Shown: positions 8,714 to 17,888 of the stretch, piece by piece | How positions within the stretch are numbered: position 1 is the first letter of the stretch | Layout of the letters: each line of letters begins with the position of its first letter | Origin: Fibrobacterota bacterium | GTDB taxonomy: Bacteria > Fibrobacterota > Fibrobacteria > UBA11236 | Length of the DNA: 19,687 nucleotides | Direction of reading: 5' to 3' | Assembly: GCA_043753995.1 (NCBI GenBank) | Contig: JAYUVP010000291.1 | Span: 1 to 19,687 of the forward strand | Position numbers and translations under genes: made by a program | The notes under the pieces: generated by a model | The model's input: the letters and a program-made list of their open reading frames with translations, nothing else | Told to the model about the DNA's origin: nothing | Database searches by the model: none

Positions 8714-9181
8714 ATGTCCGGTTTTCTCAGCCAAGAAGGCTATGCCAAACTCAAGGCTGAATGGGATAGCCTTTATAAGGACATACGCCCCAAGCTCTTG
8801 GAAGAAATTGCCGCTGCCGCGGCTCAAGGCGATCGCAGCGAAAATGCCGAATACATTTATGGCCGTAAAAAGCTGCGCGAAATCGACAAGAGATTGCGTG
8901 TTCTGGGCACTACCCTAAGCAATAGCCATGTCGTTTCCGACGGCGTGCGGCGCAATGACAAGATTTATTTCGGAGCCAAGGTCGTGCTTCGCAAAAGCGA
9001 TGGCTCGACCTTTGAAGTCCGCCTGGTCGGAGCCGATGAAATCGATCCCGCAGCCGGTCTCATTTCCGGCGAATCGCCCCTGGGAAAAGCCCTAATGGGG
9101 CATGCCCTCACCGGCGAAGTGGAAATCACCACTCCTCGCGGCCCCATGCGGTATAACATTGAATCCGTGTCTTATACCTGA
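8714..9181 (+). CDS. greB: Transcription elongation factor GreB (GreA/GreB family)
   Basis: AAAQGDRSENAEYIYGRKKLREIDKRLR is the GreB-type signature; ISGESPLGKALMG. Start moved to ATG 8714. Confidence 0.92.
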   Translation: MSGFLSQEGYAKLKAEWDSLYKDIRPKLLEEIAAAAAQGDRSENAEYIYGRKKLREIDKRLRVLGTTLSNSHVVSDGVRRNDKIYFGAKVVLRKSDGSTFEVRLVGADEIDPAAGLISGESPLGKALMGHALTGEVEITTPRGPMRYNIESVSYT

Positions 9182-9206
9182 CCCCTAGGGGCTCAAGGGC
9201 CTTTCG

Positions 9207-9683
9207 CTATGGGTCCTTTTGCCACTCCAAAAAACACCAGCGTCCCGTTTCCCAAGGTATGTCTTTGGGCCAGGTGCTACGATTCAAGGGACGTAATGGC
9301 GACATAAGACCCTCGGCCTTGAGCCTGAGAAAAGCTTGTTGCAATTGCGCATCATTCAAGCGGGTCAAATTTTGCATCAAATCAGGCGAAAGCCTTCGTT
9401 TCAAGCGAAAAGTCGGAGCAAGAATCTCGTTACGATTCCAAGCTTTCAAGCATGGCCGCAAAAAAGGTGCGAGAGGTAAATGGCGAATAATCCACTTGTC
9501 GCGCTCAAGGCCAGCAGGGAGAGGCCAGCATTGAATTTCAATCAAGGCCAAATCCCCTTCATACCACTCCTTCAAAGCCACGGGCAACTTATCGGGTTCT
9601 TCAATGCCCGGCCAAGGCAAATAGGCCATAGGTCCCACCCAACCATCATTTCTGTATTGGGATCGTAGGCGCGAAAGGTTCAT
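9207..9683 (-). CDS. Hypothetical protein (Trp/Pro-rich, 158 aa)
   Basis: ATG-started ORF that fills the gap between greB and the lipoprotein gene; no recognisable motif. Confidence 0.6.
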   Translation of the reverse strand: MNLSRLRSQYRNDGWVGPMAYLPWPGIEEPDKLPVALKEWYEGDLALIEIQCWPLPAGLERDKWIIRHLPLAPFLRPCLKAWNRNEILAPTFRLKRRLSPDLMQNLTRLNDAQLQQAFLRLKAEGLMSPLRPLNRSTWPKDIPWETGRWCFLEWQKDP

Positions 9684-9746
9684 GCGGGCATGAGAGTACT
9701 AAAACCCCGGCGTTTATATTTGCCTTTGGTGAAGACCTGGCTCGGC

Positions 9747-10397
9747 ATGCAATTTTCATCCCTTATTCGGCTTCAGCGCTTTCACCTCGGCCTGGCTTTT
9801 CTCATTGTGTTTTTACTCTCGGGGTGCGCAAGCTCGTCAAAATCCAGAGTGATTGCTCCGGTGGACTTGCCTGAAATCTGCCGGGACATTGACTTCAATA
9901 CTGCGGATGAAGGCATTAAAAAAGAATGCGGAGTGAAAACCCGTAGTTATATGGCCTACCGCAATGTGCCGGAACATCGCAACCTACTTTTGCCGAAAAA
10001 TGGCAAAATCGTGCAAAAAGACGAGGCTTTAGAATTGCGACTGGAAGGCTTTATTCCTGTGGAATTGCCACCGGATTTTACGGGTTTCATTGTCTTTGGC
10101 GAAGGAGTGCGCCGTCAATTTTTGAAAAGCAAATACGATTATCTCGAGTATTTTCCGCCCAAAGCCACTCGATCCGAGCGCATATTCAAATTGGAAATAC
10201 CTGGTCAAGACAAGCCCCCCAAATGGGTTTGCTTTTTGGTCGAACGCCAAAGGCAAACCTCGCAGCGCAAGGTGGGCTATGCTAGCCGGCTAATGCCTTT
10301 GGATTGTCAAGAATTTGATAGACGAAAAACGAAGTATGCGGAAAGCACAAATGAAGATTTGGCGCCGACATCCTCATACGAGAATGCCCCCCATTGA
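9747..10397 (+). CDS. Putative lipoprotein of unknown function
   Basis: Hydrophobic stretch LGLAFLIVFLLSG|C with lipobox LSGC. ATG 9747 preferred over 9690, which lies 6 nt from the divergent gene start. Four further Cys could form two disulfides. Confidence 0.75.
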   Translation: MQFSSLIRLQRFHLGLAFLIVFLLSGCASSSKSRVIAPVDLPEICRDIDFNTADEGIKKECGVKTRSYMAYRNVPEHRNLLLPKNGKIVQKDEALELRLEGFIPVELPPDFTGFIVFGEGVRRQFLKSKYDYLEYFPPKATRSERIFKLEIPGQDKPPKWVCFLVERQRQTSQRKVGYASRLMPLDCQEFDRRKTKYAESTNEDLAPTSSYENAPH

Positions 10398-10441
10398 TTC
10401 AAGTAGGGGGGCAAACCACCCACTAAGGCGCAAAAAACGGT

Positions 10442-10672
10442 TTATGCGGTATAGGCCGCCATGACATCGGCGACTTTATCAAGTTTGACGAAGTTGTCGA
10501 AAGCCACTTCACGACCGAATTCTTGATTCAATCGATCCAAAAGAGTCTTACGCTCAGGATAACTGATGCGGTAATCGGCGATGAAGCTATCGGCTTCAGC
10601 AATGTCCTCGGTCTCAAAACCTACGACCTCGGCGATAATTTGACGGACACGCTGCTCGATTTCGGGACTCAA
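10442..10672 (-). CDS. Acyl-carrier-protein-like protein lacking the canonical DSL motif
   Basis: 76 aa, acidic, collinear with AcpP (IEQRVRQIIAEVVG...SFIAD...LNQEFGREV...KVADV). TTG start with AGGAGG 8 nt upstream. Confidence 0.8.
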   Translation of the reverse strand: MSPEIEQRVRQIIAEVVGFETEDIAEADSFIADYRISYPERKTLLDRLNQEFGREVAFDNFVKLDKVADVMAAYTA

Positions 10673-10680
10673 AATGGAAT

Positions 10681-10686
10681 CCTCCT
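10681..10686 (-). promoter_or_regulatory. Shine-Dalgarno site (AGGAGG) of the ACP-like gene
   Basis: CCTCCT on the + strand, 8 nt from the TTG start at 10672. Confidence 0.8.
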
Positions 10687-10742
10687 AATTTTGTCTAAAG
10701 ATAATGAAGTTTGAGTCCAAGACCTCGAAATAAGGGAAATTC

Positions 10743-13121
10743 ATGCAAAAAGCATTTTTTTGTTTGGCCTTGGCCGTATCGGTTTTTGCCGAACCGACCT
10801 TGATTGAAGAGTCAGGCACCTTTTCCCGGCAAGCCGCCACCTTGGCGCGCTCACCGCAAAGTGGCTTCGACCTTGTTTGGCAAGGCCAGGGTTCCTGGTG
10901 GGGTGGCCAATATGCTCCAGAACCGCCATCGCAAAAGCGCTATGGATTAGGTCTACAGCGTGGGAATCATCGCTTCGGCCTGGAAGGCGACTCCTCCTTG
11001 GCTTTATACCAATGGTCCTGGCTACAAGGTTTTCACCTCAGTCCCGGGGTTTATGGCGGCTTAAGCTTGAGTCAGAATACCCGCTTACCCTGGCGACAGG
11101 GCTTACAAATCGCCTTGGATGCGCAAATCACTTACCGTGACGACATACGTTTTTTTCTCGGCAGCGAACCTCGCGCCTGGAATGACACGAGCCTATTGCA
11201 TCGTTGGGGCGTGGCCTGGCGGCCATTGCCTCATGCAAAATATTTCGGTCAATCTTGGTTGGGTATCGATTGGCCTTGGACCGACTCCAAGTCACTCTCC
11301 CCCACCTGGATGGCCTCCTTGCATGCCCCAGGCGGAATCGTATTGAATGGTGCCTATGACCTGGAAAAAGAGCAAGGCCGAGTTTCCCTAGTCGTACGAC
11401 TGCGCCCGCAAACAAGCGTTGCCGCCGTACTCGATGAAAATCGCATGCACACCTATCGTTTTCAATACCGCCAACAGCCAGCCCCGAAGCCTTTACTTCC
11501 CAATCCCACCGCCTTGCAATTCACTTGGGACAAGCCCTGGGTCGAAGGCGAAACACAAAAGAATTGGCTGGGTGAAGTGCAGGCCTTGGGTTTTGCCGAT
11601 GTTTTGCAAAGCTTCGATGCGTTAGAACAAAGCTCCGAAACCAAACGTATTTTCATCGTCATACGCGGGTTACGGGCCGATTTGCCCATGGCCCAGGACG
11701 TGGGTCGCCGCTTCGATAGGCTGGTCAAACAGGGTAAGCGCATTCATGTTTATCTGGAAAATGTCACTCCTTTGGGTTTGCTGCTCGGATCGCATGCCCA
11801 GGGCATAGCCGTTCATCCCCAGGGATATTTTGGAGTGCAGGGCTTCAGCGCCGGACTCACCTTTTATCGCGGGCTATTTCAAAAAGTCGGCATTCAACCT
11901 CAATTCATACGTCATGGCCGCTACAAGGGCTTCGATGAGCCTTATATGCGAAGTGAACCTTCGCCGGAAATGGCCTTCAATACAAATGAATGGATACAAG
12001 ATTTGTGGCAAGCCTATATCGATGATGTTGCCAAAGGCCGTCGCGGCGAGACTAAGGCCATCCAAGCCTTTTTGAATCGGGGAGAAATCAGTCTGGACTC
12101 GGCCAAGCGTTATGGCTTGATCGATACCTTGCTGAATGAGAAAGAGGCCAAGGAATGGGCGGGAAGCCGTGGCTATGTGCAAACGCAGAATTGGCCCTTG
12201 GCACGTCCCCAGGAACCGAATTTCGGAGATAAACCCGTGGTGGCCGTTTTAACATTAAAAGGCCCCATCGTCGATGCCGGTCAAGGGGGCTGGTGGAATG
12301 TTTCCGATCCCGGTTTTAGTCCAGCCCAGGTTTTACCCTGGATAGAGTCGGTGAAAAAACAAACCGGAGTGGCAGCAGTAGTCTTGCGGTTGGATTCGCC
12401 TGGAGGATCAGCTCAAGCTTCGGATAAGATGGCCGTCGCTTTGGATGAATTGCGAATGAGCGGTAAACCCGTGGTGATTTCCGTGGGTGGCATGGCCGCA
12501 TCGGGCGGCTATTATATCGCCACCGCCGCCAATCGCATTGTAGCCGAACCGACTTCCCTCATTGGCAGCATAGGCGTGGTTTGGGGTAAATTCAGTCTCG
12601 ACAGCCTCTATGCCAAATTGGGCTTGACCCACACCGCCATCAATACCACTCCCCATGCCGATGCCTCTTCTATGAATCGTCCCTGGAGCGCAGCAGAAAG
12701 CCTCACCATTCAAAAGCACCTCGACGGTTTTTATCAGACCTTCGCGAAACGTGTACAAATCAGCCGCAAATTGGATTCAGCGCGTCTTGATTCGGTGACC
12801 GAGGGACGCGTTTTCCTCGGTGCCCGCAGTCTAAATAATGGCTTGGTTGACACTCTGGGAGGCTTGGAAACCGCGATTGCGGTCGCGCGGCAACTGGCCC
12901 ACCTGTCCCCTAAAACGGAAATCACCATTCGTCACGATAATATTTCCAATTCGGATTGGGCCGACATGGCTCAAGGCGCTTCCCTTGATTTCGGACTTGG
13001 CCTTGGACTTGGGCAAAAGGCCCAAGCCCTTAATCGCTGGTGGGACGGCCTTGAGGCTGCTGCACTTAGTCCTTCGGTCTTGGCGATTGCGCCGGATTAT
13101 TTGGCCGGACCGGAGCGATAA
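10743..13121 (+). CDS. sppA: Signal peptide peptidase SppA (S49, tandem-domain type) with extra N-terminal domain
   Basis: GRYKG (candidate catalytic Lys), LRLDSPGGS, KPVVISVGGMAASGGYYIA (catalytic Ser), GSIGV, EGRVFLG, GLVDTLGGL. Sec-type signal peptide and about 240 extra N-terminal residues. Confidence 0.92.
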   Translation: MQKAFFCLALAVSVFAEPTLIEESGTFSRQAATLARSPQSGFDLVWQGQGSWWGGQYAPEPPSQKRYGLGLQRGNHRFGLEGDSSLALYQWSWLQGFHLSPGVYGGLSLSQNTRLPWRQGLQIALDAQITYRDDIRFFLGSEPRAWNDTSLLHRWGVAWRPLPHAKYFGQSWLGIDWPWTDSKSLSPTWMASLHAPGGIVLNGAYDLEKEQGRVSLVVRLRPQTSVAAVLDENRMHTYRFQYRQQPAPKPLLPNPTALQFTWDKPWVEGETQKNWLGEVQALGFADVLQSFDALEQSSETKRIFIVIRGLRADLPMAQDVGRRFDRLVKQGKRIHVYLENVTPLGLLLGSHAQGIAVHPQGYFGVQGFSAGLTFYRGLFQKVGIQPQFIRHGRYKGFDEPYMRSEPSPEMAFNTNEWIQDLWQAYIDDVAKGRRGETKAIQAFLNRGEISLDSAKRYGLIDTLLNEKEAKEWAGSRGYVQTQNWPLARPQEPNFGDKPVVAVLTLKGPIVDAGQGGWWNVSDPGFSPAQVLPWIESVKKQTGVAAVVLRLDSPGGSAQASDKMAVALDELRMSGKPVVISVGGMAASGGYYIATAANRIVAEPTSLIGSIGVVWGKFSLDSLYAKLGLTHTAINTTPHADASSMNRPWSAAESLTIQKHLDGFYQTFAKRVQISRKLDSARLDSVTEGRVFLGARSLNNGLVDTLGGLETAIAVARQLAHLSPKTEITIRHDNISNSDWADMAQGASLDFGLGLGLGQKAQALNRWWDGLEAAALSPSVLAIAPDYLAGPER

Positions 13122-14908
13122 AGATCCGGGTTCGATAAATCCGTCGTGGGCGGCAAATAGGGCAAGCGTGGCTGGCTTGCCCTGGGGTGTTTCATGTCAA
13201 GCAAGCTGAAAAGCAGGGGTGGGCAGAGCAGGGAAAAAGAAGCCTGCGGTTCCAGCAAATAAGGCTCATTGCCTACCCCCGCCAAATCGCGGAGACTTTT
13301 GCTATCCACCGGTGGGAAAACCAAGCCGCGCGCAGGGGAGCGACTACCCGTTTTTACCTCGACCCGATCGACTGCACAGGGGGCTGGAATGGAAAAGCTA
13401 CCCCGGCCACTGGCAGGATCCGAAAGCGGTAAGTGATAGGTCAGCGGATGGGTTAAGAGCTTGTATGCATCCTCATCGATGGTGCGTAAGACCATAAGTC
13501 CGGCATCGAGCCCTTCGTCGGCGGCTAAATGCCGCAATTGCTGTATTAAGGTGCTTTCGGGTTGGGCCTGCTTAGCGGTCAGCCTCACCACTCCGGGAAA
13601 TCCACCGCCATAGCGCCAATGCCCGTTGGAAGCATCGGTGGGTGTGAAAATAGGGATTTTGCCCTGATAGAATTCCTTCAGCCGTCCGTCCTCGACCAAA
13701 GTCACCGGCAAGGCTTTTTGGCCTTGATGATCAAAGCGATAGGTACCGAAAAGCTGTCGTCCCCGCCAAGTTTTGAGGGCCGGATTGTCCGTGAGATCCA
13801 AACCTGCCGGCAAATATCGGTGTCCACGCAAGCGGGTGAGAAAATCAGGTTCGCTATTTGAACCCAAGGGCTCGCGCAATCGCATTTGCGGCAGAATCAA
13901 GGCGCGATGAATCAGATCGCCCGCAGCCTGGCCAGCGAATAGAATGGGGCCGCGATAATTTTCCACCGGCGGGGCTTTCACCAAGGTCTCTAATCGCTTG
14001 GCGAGATTTTCAAGACTGTCTCCGATTTGCGCTTCAAAGCGGCCACCGACTTCCGGCTTCAAGGGTAAGCTGTCGCGGCGGGCAATGCGAAAGAAATCCC
14101 ACAGGGGAGTGCCGTCTTCGGCTTGGGCTAAAAGACTGGCCACCAAAGTATGCTCCTGTATGCTGGAGACAAAGCTGGCGCCCTCGGCATCGGTGTAATA
14201 AAGGGTGGTGTAATAGTTTTGATAAGCGACACGACTTTCCAGCAAATGCGCATAGCGTGTCAGGCGCGCGCTGAGGCGCTTGCATAGCGCGGCCCACGCA
14301 GCGGTGTCTGGAAGGTGGCGGACATCGCGATCGACTTGCCGTAAAACGGCTTGTCGAGTCAGGTCAGGCAATCGCTTGGGTTCGCGGGTTTGCGCGAGGA
14401 AAGCTTTTTTTTGCGCCAACATTTCCAAGGCGACCTTATAGCGCGCATCGGTCAAGGCCCAAATGGCTTGGCGCAAGAGCAAGGTATCCCCGTCCTGGGG
14501 CAAGGGTGCCCGCAAGGTAGGTCCGAAGACGAAGCCGCCTTGATACAAGGTATTGTCGAGGGAATATTCTCCCACCCGAACATCAGCGTCTAGCAGAAAT
14601 TGTCGATTGCGTCCGCTTTGCTCTACCGACCCCAAGGAGGCCTGGGTGGAAAATTGATCCATATCCCATAAGGTAAAGGCGAGAAAATACGGCGCAGGCA
14701 AACCCGGCAATTTCAAACTATCGGTGGCCCGACGAATTTCATGCCCTATGGCGAGAAGGACGGCGGAATCACGACTGACCAGACCCGAATCGGGCAACCA
14801 GTTATCGGCTTTCTTGCCCGAAGGTATTGGCGCCTGAGCCCGTGAAGATTCCGGGAAAGTGAAGGCAAGTAAGAAAAAAAGAGCGATGCAAATCAGTCCT
14901 GATTTCAT
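13097..14908 (-). CDS. PmbA/TldE-like non-catalytic partner with signal peptide
   Basis: Paralogous layout to the adjacent TldD (PYFL, LDNT, AEDG, YRGPILF, YRFDHQG, SNGH) but HExxGH is replaced by IHRALI. Signal peptide MKSGLICIALFFLLAFTFPESSRA|Q. ATGA overlap with TldD. Confidence 0.85.
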   Translation of the reverse strand: MKSGLICIALFFLLAFTFPESSRAQAPIPSGKKADNWLPDSGLVSRDSAVLLAIGHEIRRATDSLKLPGLPAPYFLAFTLWDMDQFSTQASLGSVEQSGRNRQFLLDADVRVGEYSLDNTLYQGGFVFGPTLRAPLPQDGDTLLLRQAIWALTDARYKVALEMLAQKKAFLAQTREPKRLPDLTRQAVLRQVDRDVRHLPDTAAWAALCKRLSARLTRYAHLLESRVAYQNYYTTLYYTDAEGASFVSSIQEHTLVASLLAQAEDGTPLWDFFRIARRDSLPLKPEVGGRFEAQIGDSLENLAKRLETLVKAPPVENYRGPILFAGQAAGDLIHRALILPQMRLREPLGSNSEPDFLTRLRGHRYLPAGLDLTDNPALKTWRGRQLFGTYRFDHQGQKALPVTLVEDGRLKEFYQGKIPIFTPTDASNGHWRYGGGFPGVVRLTAKQAQPESTLIQQLRHLAADEGLDAGLMVLRTIDEDAYKLLTHPLTYHLPLSDPASGRGSFSIPAPCAVDRVEVKTGSRSPARGLVFPPVDSKSLRDLAGVGNEPYLLEPQASFSLLCPPLLFSLLDMKHPRASQPRLPYLPPTTDLSNPDLYRSGPAK

Positions 14909-16701
14909 GGCGCACTCCCAGGAGGTGCCAACAAGGGCGGCCGATTTTGATCCTTGGTGCGAGATTCAAATTCAAGCGAACCCAGCAATAAGGAGGGACT
15001 AATGGCGGACACAGGTAGCCAACCCGATTCGGCTCCACAATAGCCATTGAAAACAGCCGGGTCATCGCCAGCGGCCAGGATTTGCGCCAAGCTTTGCAAA
15101 GGCGTTCCCGAAACATCCACTCCGCGAACCACGCGATCGGGGCGACCATCCGTGAAAATTTGGGTGACGAAAAGCGGTTCAAGTTTAAAGGACTGAGGCA
15201 AATCGCGGCCGGTATAAGTAAAGCCGCCCGAGAGCTCATGCACCAATAGGCCATAGCTCTTACCCTCCTGGCGCAATAAGGCCATTAAGCTGTCTCGCAA
15301 GCTGGCGGTGGGCATTGGCTTGCTGGTGGTCAAGCGGGTATTGCCCATGCGTGCTACCACATTGGCCCCGAGCATGGCGCGTCCATGTCCATTGCTATGA
15401 CCATGGGGAGAAATGACGGAACGGCTGAAAAGAAAATCTTTAAAGATGCCGTCCCATAATAAAGGCGTGCGTCGCGCTTTGACGCCTTCATCATCGTAGC
15501 GGTAAAAGCCATTCAGTTGTATCGATCCGAGGGTTTGGCTGGTAGGATCATCTTCGATGCGCAAGGTGGGCAAGGTCAAAGGCTTGTCGATTTTTTGCAC
15601 AAAGGTTTGTCCTTCATCCACCGCACGCTGGCGATGGCCTTCGACGCGATGCCCGAAGACTTCATGGACAAAAACCGCCGCGGCGGTATTGCGCAAAATC
15701 ACTGGCCCGGAATAGGTTTCCATAATAGGCGCTTGGCGCAAAACCTTCAGGCGTTGGACCAAGGTGTCTGCTTCACGGGCAAGGCTATCTTCGGAAGGAA
15801 GCTGGCTACGATCGCGAAAAGACCAATCCTTGGCCAACCAAAGAACCATGCCGTCTTCGGCCTTGGTTTCGACAAAGAGGCTCAAGGTGCCGAGCTTTTC
15901 AAAATGCTCCAGGGTTGCGCCTTCGGTGTTCACGAGGATTTTGCGCACCAGCATTTCCTTGAATTCGATCGAAGAACCAAAAACCCACTTGGGGTCACGG
16001 AAGCGGCGGCTTACGCGTAGAAGTCGAGCCGCCAGGCTATCGAGATCGCGACGCGGCGCAAAAGCGGGAATGGAATCGGGAGAATCCTTCAGTCCCGGCG
16101 CGGAGGAAAAATCCAAACCCGTGTCGCCGGTCACGGGGCGAACCTGCATGTTTTGTTGAATTTTCTGGTATTGATCGCGCGCCGCGCGATAGGCGAAATC
16201 GGTTGCGGTTCGCAAGGCGCGATGTAGCCATATGCGATTGCTATCCACCGGGCAATTCACGTTTTGAAAGCCGCCCCAATGGGCGAAATCCAAGGCCTCG
16301 CGCATAGGATGGGTATTGTCCATGCGGCGATTGCCCAAGCGCACTTCAACCTGAAACGCCCTGGATTTAATGCTCTGATCGCTGACCATGCCCCCTTTAT
16401 TGGCGACCAAACGATGCTGAAGGGTGTCATTGAGGCGATAGCAGAGAAAATAGGGCTTGAGACTGTCAGCCTTTTGCAAATCCCGCCAATTGTCCTGCAT
16501 TTCCTTTTGCAAGTAATTCATTAAGTCGAACCGACCCAAGGCTTGCGACTTGGAGGAATTCGATGGCGTCGCCTTTTTCGTGGTGGGCAAATTCGGGGCC
16601 GCTGGGACAGAAAACGTGGCGCTCAGAAAAATCAGCGTAACGGGAAACAGCCTAGGTAAGCGATAACGGTGGGTGAGCGAATGAAAAAGGGGAGGTAACA
16701 T
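14905..16701 (-). CDS. tldD: TldD-family metalloprotease with probable signal peptide
   Basis: HEVFGH metal motif, DDPT, YDDEG, SNGHGR, RMGNT and C-terminal Cys ligand (NGYCGAESG). Start moved to ATG 16701 to avoid overlap with the GT gene; followed by RYRLPRLFPVTLIFLSATFSVPA|A. Confidence 0.88.
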   Translation of the reverse strand: MLPPLFHSLTHRYRLPRLFPVTLIFLSATFSVPAAPNLPTTKKATPSNSSKSQALGRFDLMNYLQKEMQDNWRDLQKADSLKPYFLCYRLNDTLQHRLVANKGGMVSDQSIKSRAFQVEVRLGNRRMDNTHPMREALDFAHWGGFQNVNCPVDSNRIWLHRALRTATDFAYRAARDQYQKIQQNMQVRPVTGDTGLDFSSAPGLKDSPDSIPAFAPRRDLDSLAARLLRVSRRFRDPKWVFGSSIEFKEMLVRKILVNTEGATLEHFEKLGTLSLFVETKAEDGMVLWLAKDWSFRDRSQLPSEDSLAREADTLVQRLKVLRQAPIMETYSGPVILRNTAAAVFVHEVFGHRVEGHRQRAVDEGQTFVQKIDKPLTLPTLRIEDDPTSQTLGSIQLNGFYRYDDEGVKARRTPLLWDGIFKDFLFSRSVISPHGHSNGHGRAMLGANVVARMGNTRLTTSKPMPTASLRDSLMALLRQEGKSYGLLVHELSGGFTYTGRDLPQSFKLEPLFVTQIFTDGRPDRVVRGVDVSGTPLQSLAQILAAGDDPAVFNGYCGAESGWLPVSAISPSLLLGSLEFESRTKDQNRPPLLAPPGSAP

Positions 16702-16717
16702 CAATGAGACCGGTAAT

Positions 16718-17887
16718 TTAATAATGAGTGACCGCCTTGCCGAAAAGGGGGTGAGCTTTGAACCACTCCTGCAAACCCGCCTGACTAGCGCCAGGAATGA
16801 CTTGGCCGCGCAAGGCAACGCCCAATCCGGCGAGACTCGCTAAATGCGGTGCGGCTTGGGCCAGGTTCAACTCTTCCTGGCTTTGATTTAATACCCAACC
16901 TGGACCCGACATTTGTGCGGCAATATGTTCTTGTTCGCTCTGCCCGGGTGTCGCCACCATCAGGACGGGTTTAATTCCCAGGCAAGCCAATTCCATCACC
17001 GTGGTATATCCGGAACGGGTCACAATAGCCTTAGCACTTTGCATTAAAGGACGAAGTACAGATCCAGGCAAGTGAGGCAAAATTTGGAATTCCCCGGAAT
17101 GGATTCGGAAGGATTTGGGGTCCAGACCTGATTTATCGGTAGGCAATCCCTGAATGAGTAAGCGAGTGCCGGGCAGGACCGACAGTTGTGCTTTCAAAGC
17201 AGCCTCAAAAAGTGTTCTTTGGGGCTCAGGGCCTGAAACCACAGCCAACCAATCCAATTCCGTTTGGGGCCTATTCGTGGCCGGTGAGGAGGAATCTGAT
17301 TTCTCCCAAGCGAATCGGTTTAAAGGTCCCAAGTAACGCGCCTGTGACGGTAGCCGCCGGGGATGACCGAGTTCGCCGGACAAGCCAGGCGCTTGCGCCA
17401 CATCAGGTATCCAAATTTCGGTGAAGCGACGCAGCCAACCCAGGTTCCCAATCTCAAGGAGGTCGGTCATTTTTTCCCGAAGGGGAAAATTCAGGGGTGG
17501 TTGCAAGCGCAATTGATGAGTCACCAAATAACAAGGCAAGGTCGGATGCCAAAGCCCATAGCGGCCATCGGATACGATGGCATCCAATCCCAGCACGGAG
17601 GCCTTTTGCATAAGCCAGTGATGCTCGGCTTTTACGGCTTGGATAACCTTGGGCAATTGCTTGAATAAGACCCAGGCAAAGGCTTTACGGTTTTGGGCAT
17701 AGCCGATTTGATAGTCTGGGATTTCCCAGGAGTTATGCCCGGGGAATGCCTCTCGCAAAACGTTTAAGGCCCCACCGGAAGACGCCAAGACAATTTCATG
17801 GCCCAATGATTTCAAGGCATAGGCCAAGGTCAGGGAACGTGTTGCATGCCCCAGCCCCCAATTCAATGGTGCAATAAGGATCCGCAT
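16718..17887 (-). CDS. GT-B glycosyltransferase (GT28 C-terminal-domain type)
   Basis: MRILIAPLNWGLGHATR, IVSDGRYG, SGPEPQRT, RSGYTTVMELA, TPGQSEQE. Start moved to ATG 17887, 1 nt after the upstream stop. Confidence 0.88.
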   Translation of the reverse strand: MRILIAPLNWGLGHATRSLTLAYALKSLGHEIVLASSGGALNVLREAFPGHNSWEIPDYQIGYAQNRKAFAWVLFKQLPKVIQAVKAEHHWLMQKASVLGLDAIVSDGRYGLWHPTLPCYLVTHQLRLQPPLNFPLREKMTDLLEIGNLGWLRRFTEIWIPDVAQAPGLSGELGHPRRLPSQARYLGPLNRFAWEKSDSSSPATNRPQTELDWLAVVSGPEPQRTLFEAALKAQLSVLPGTRLLIQGLPTDKSGLDPKSFRIHSGEFQILPHLPGSVLRPLMQSAKAIVTRSGYTTVMELACLGIKPVLMVATPGQSEQEHIAAQMSGPGWVLNQSQEELNLAQAAPHLASLAGLGVALRGQVIPGASQAGLQEWFKAHPLFGKAVTHY

Positions 17888-17888
17888 T

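Noticed and set aside
9182..9191. Palindrome CCCCTAGGGG right after the greB stop
   Set aside because: Too short for a stable hairpin and no adjacent U-tract; may be chance.
10404..10425. Imperfect G/C hairpin between the convergent lipoprotein and ACP-like genes
   Set aside because: Mismatched stem and no adjacent U-tract; too weak to call a terminator.
13097..13121. 25-nt convergent overlap of the sppA and pmbA 3' ends
   Set aside because: Short tail-to-tail overlaps are common in compact genomes; no evidence of function.
13097..17887. Possible RiPP cluster (TldD/E as leader peptidase plus glycosyltransferase)
   Set aside because: No precursor peptide, YcaO or radical SAM enzyme, or exporter in the window, and the intergenic gaps are too small to hide a precursor gene.
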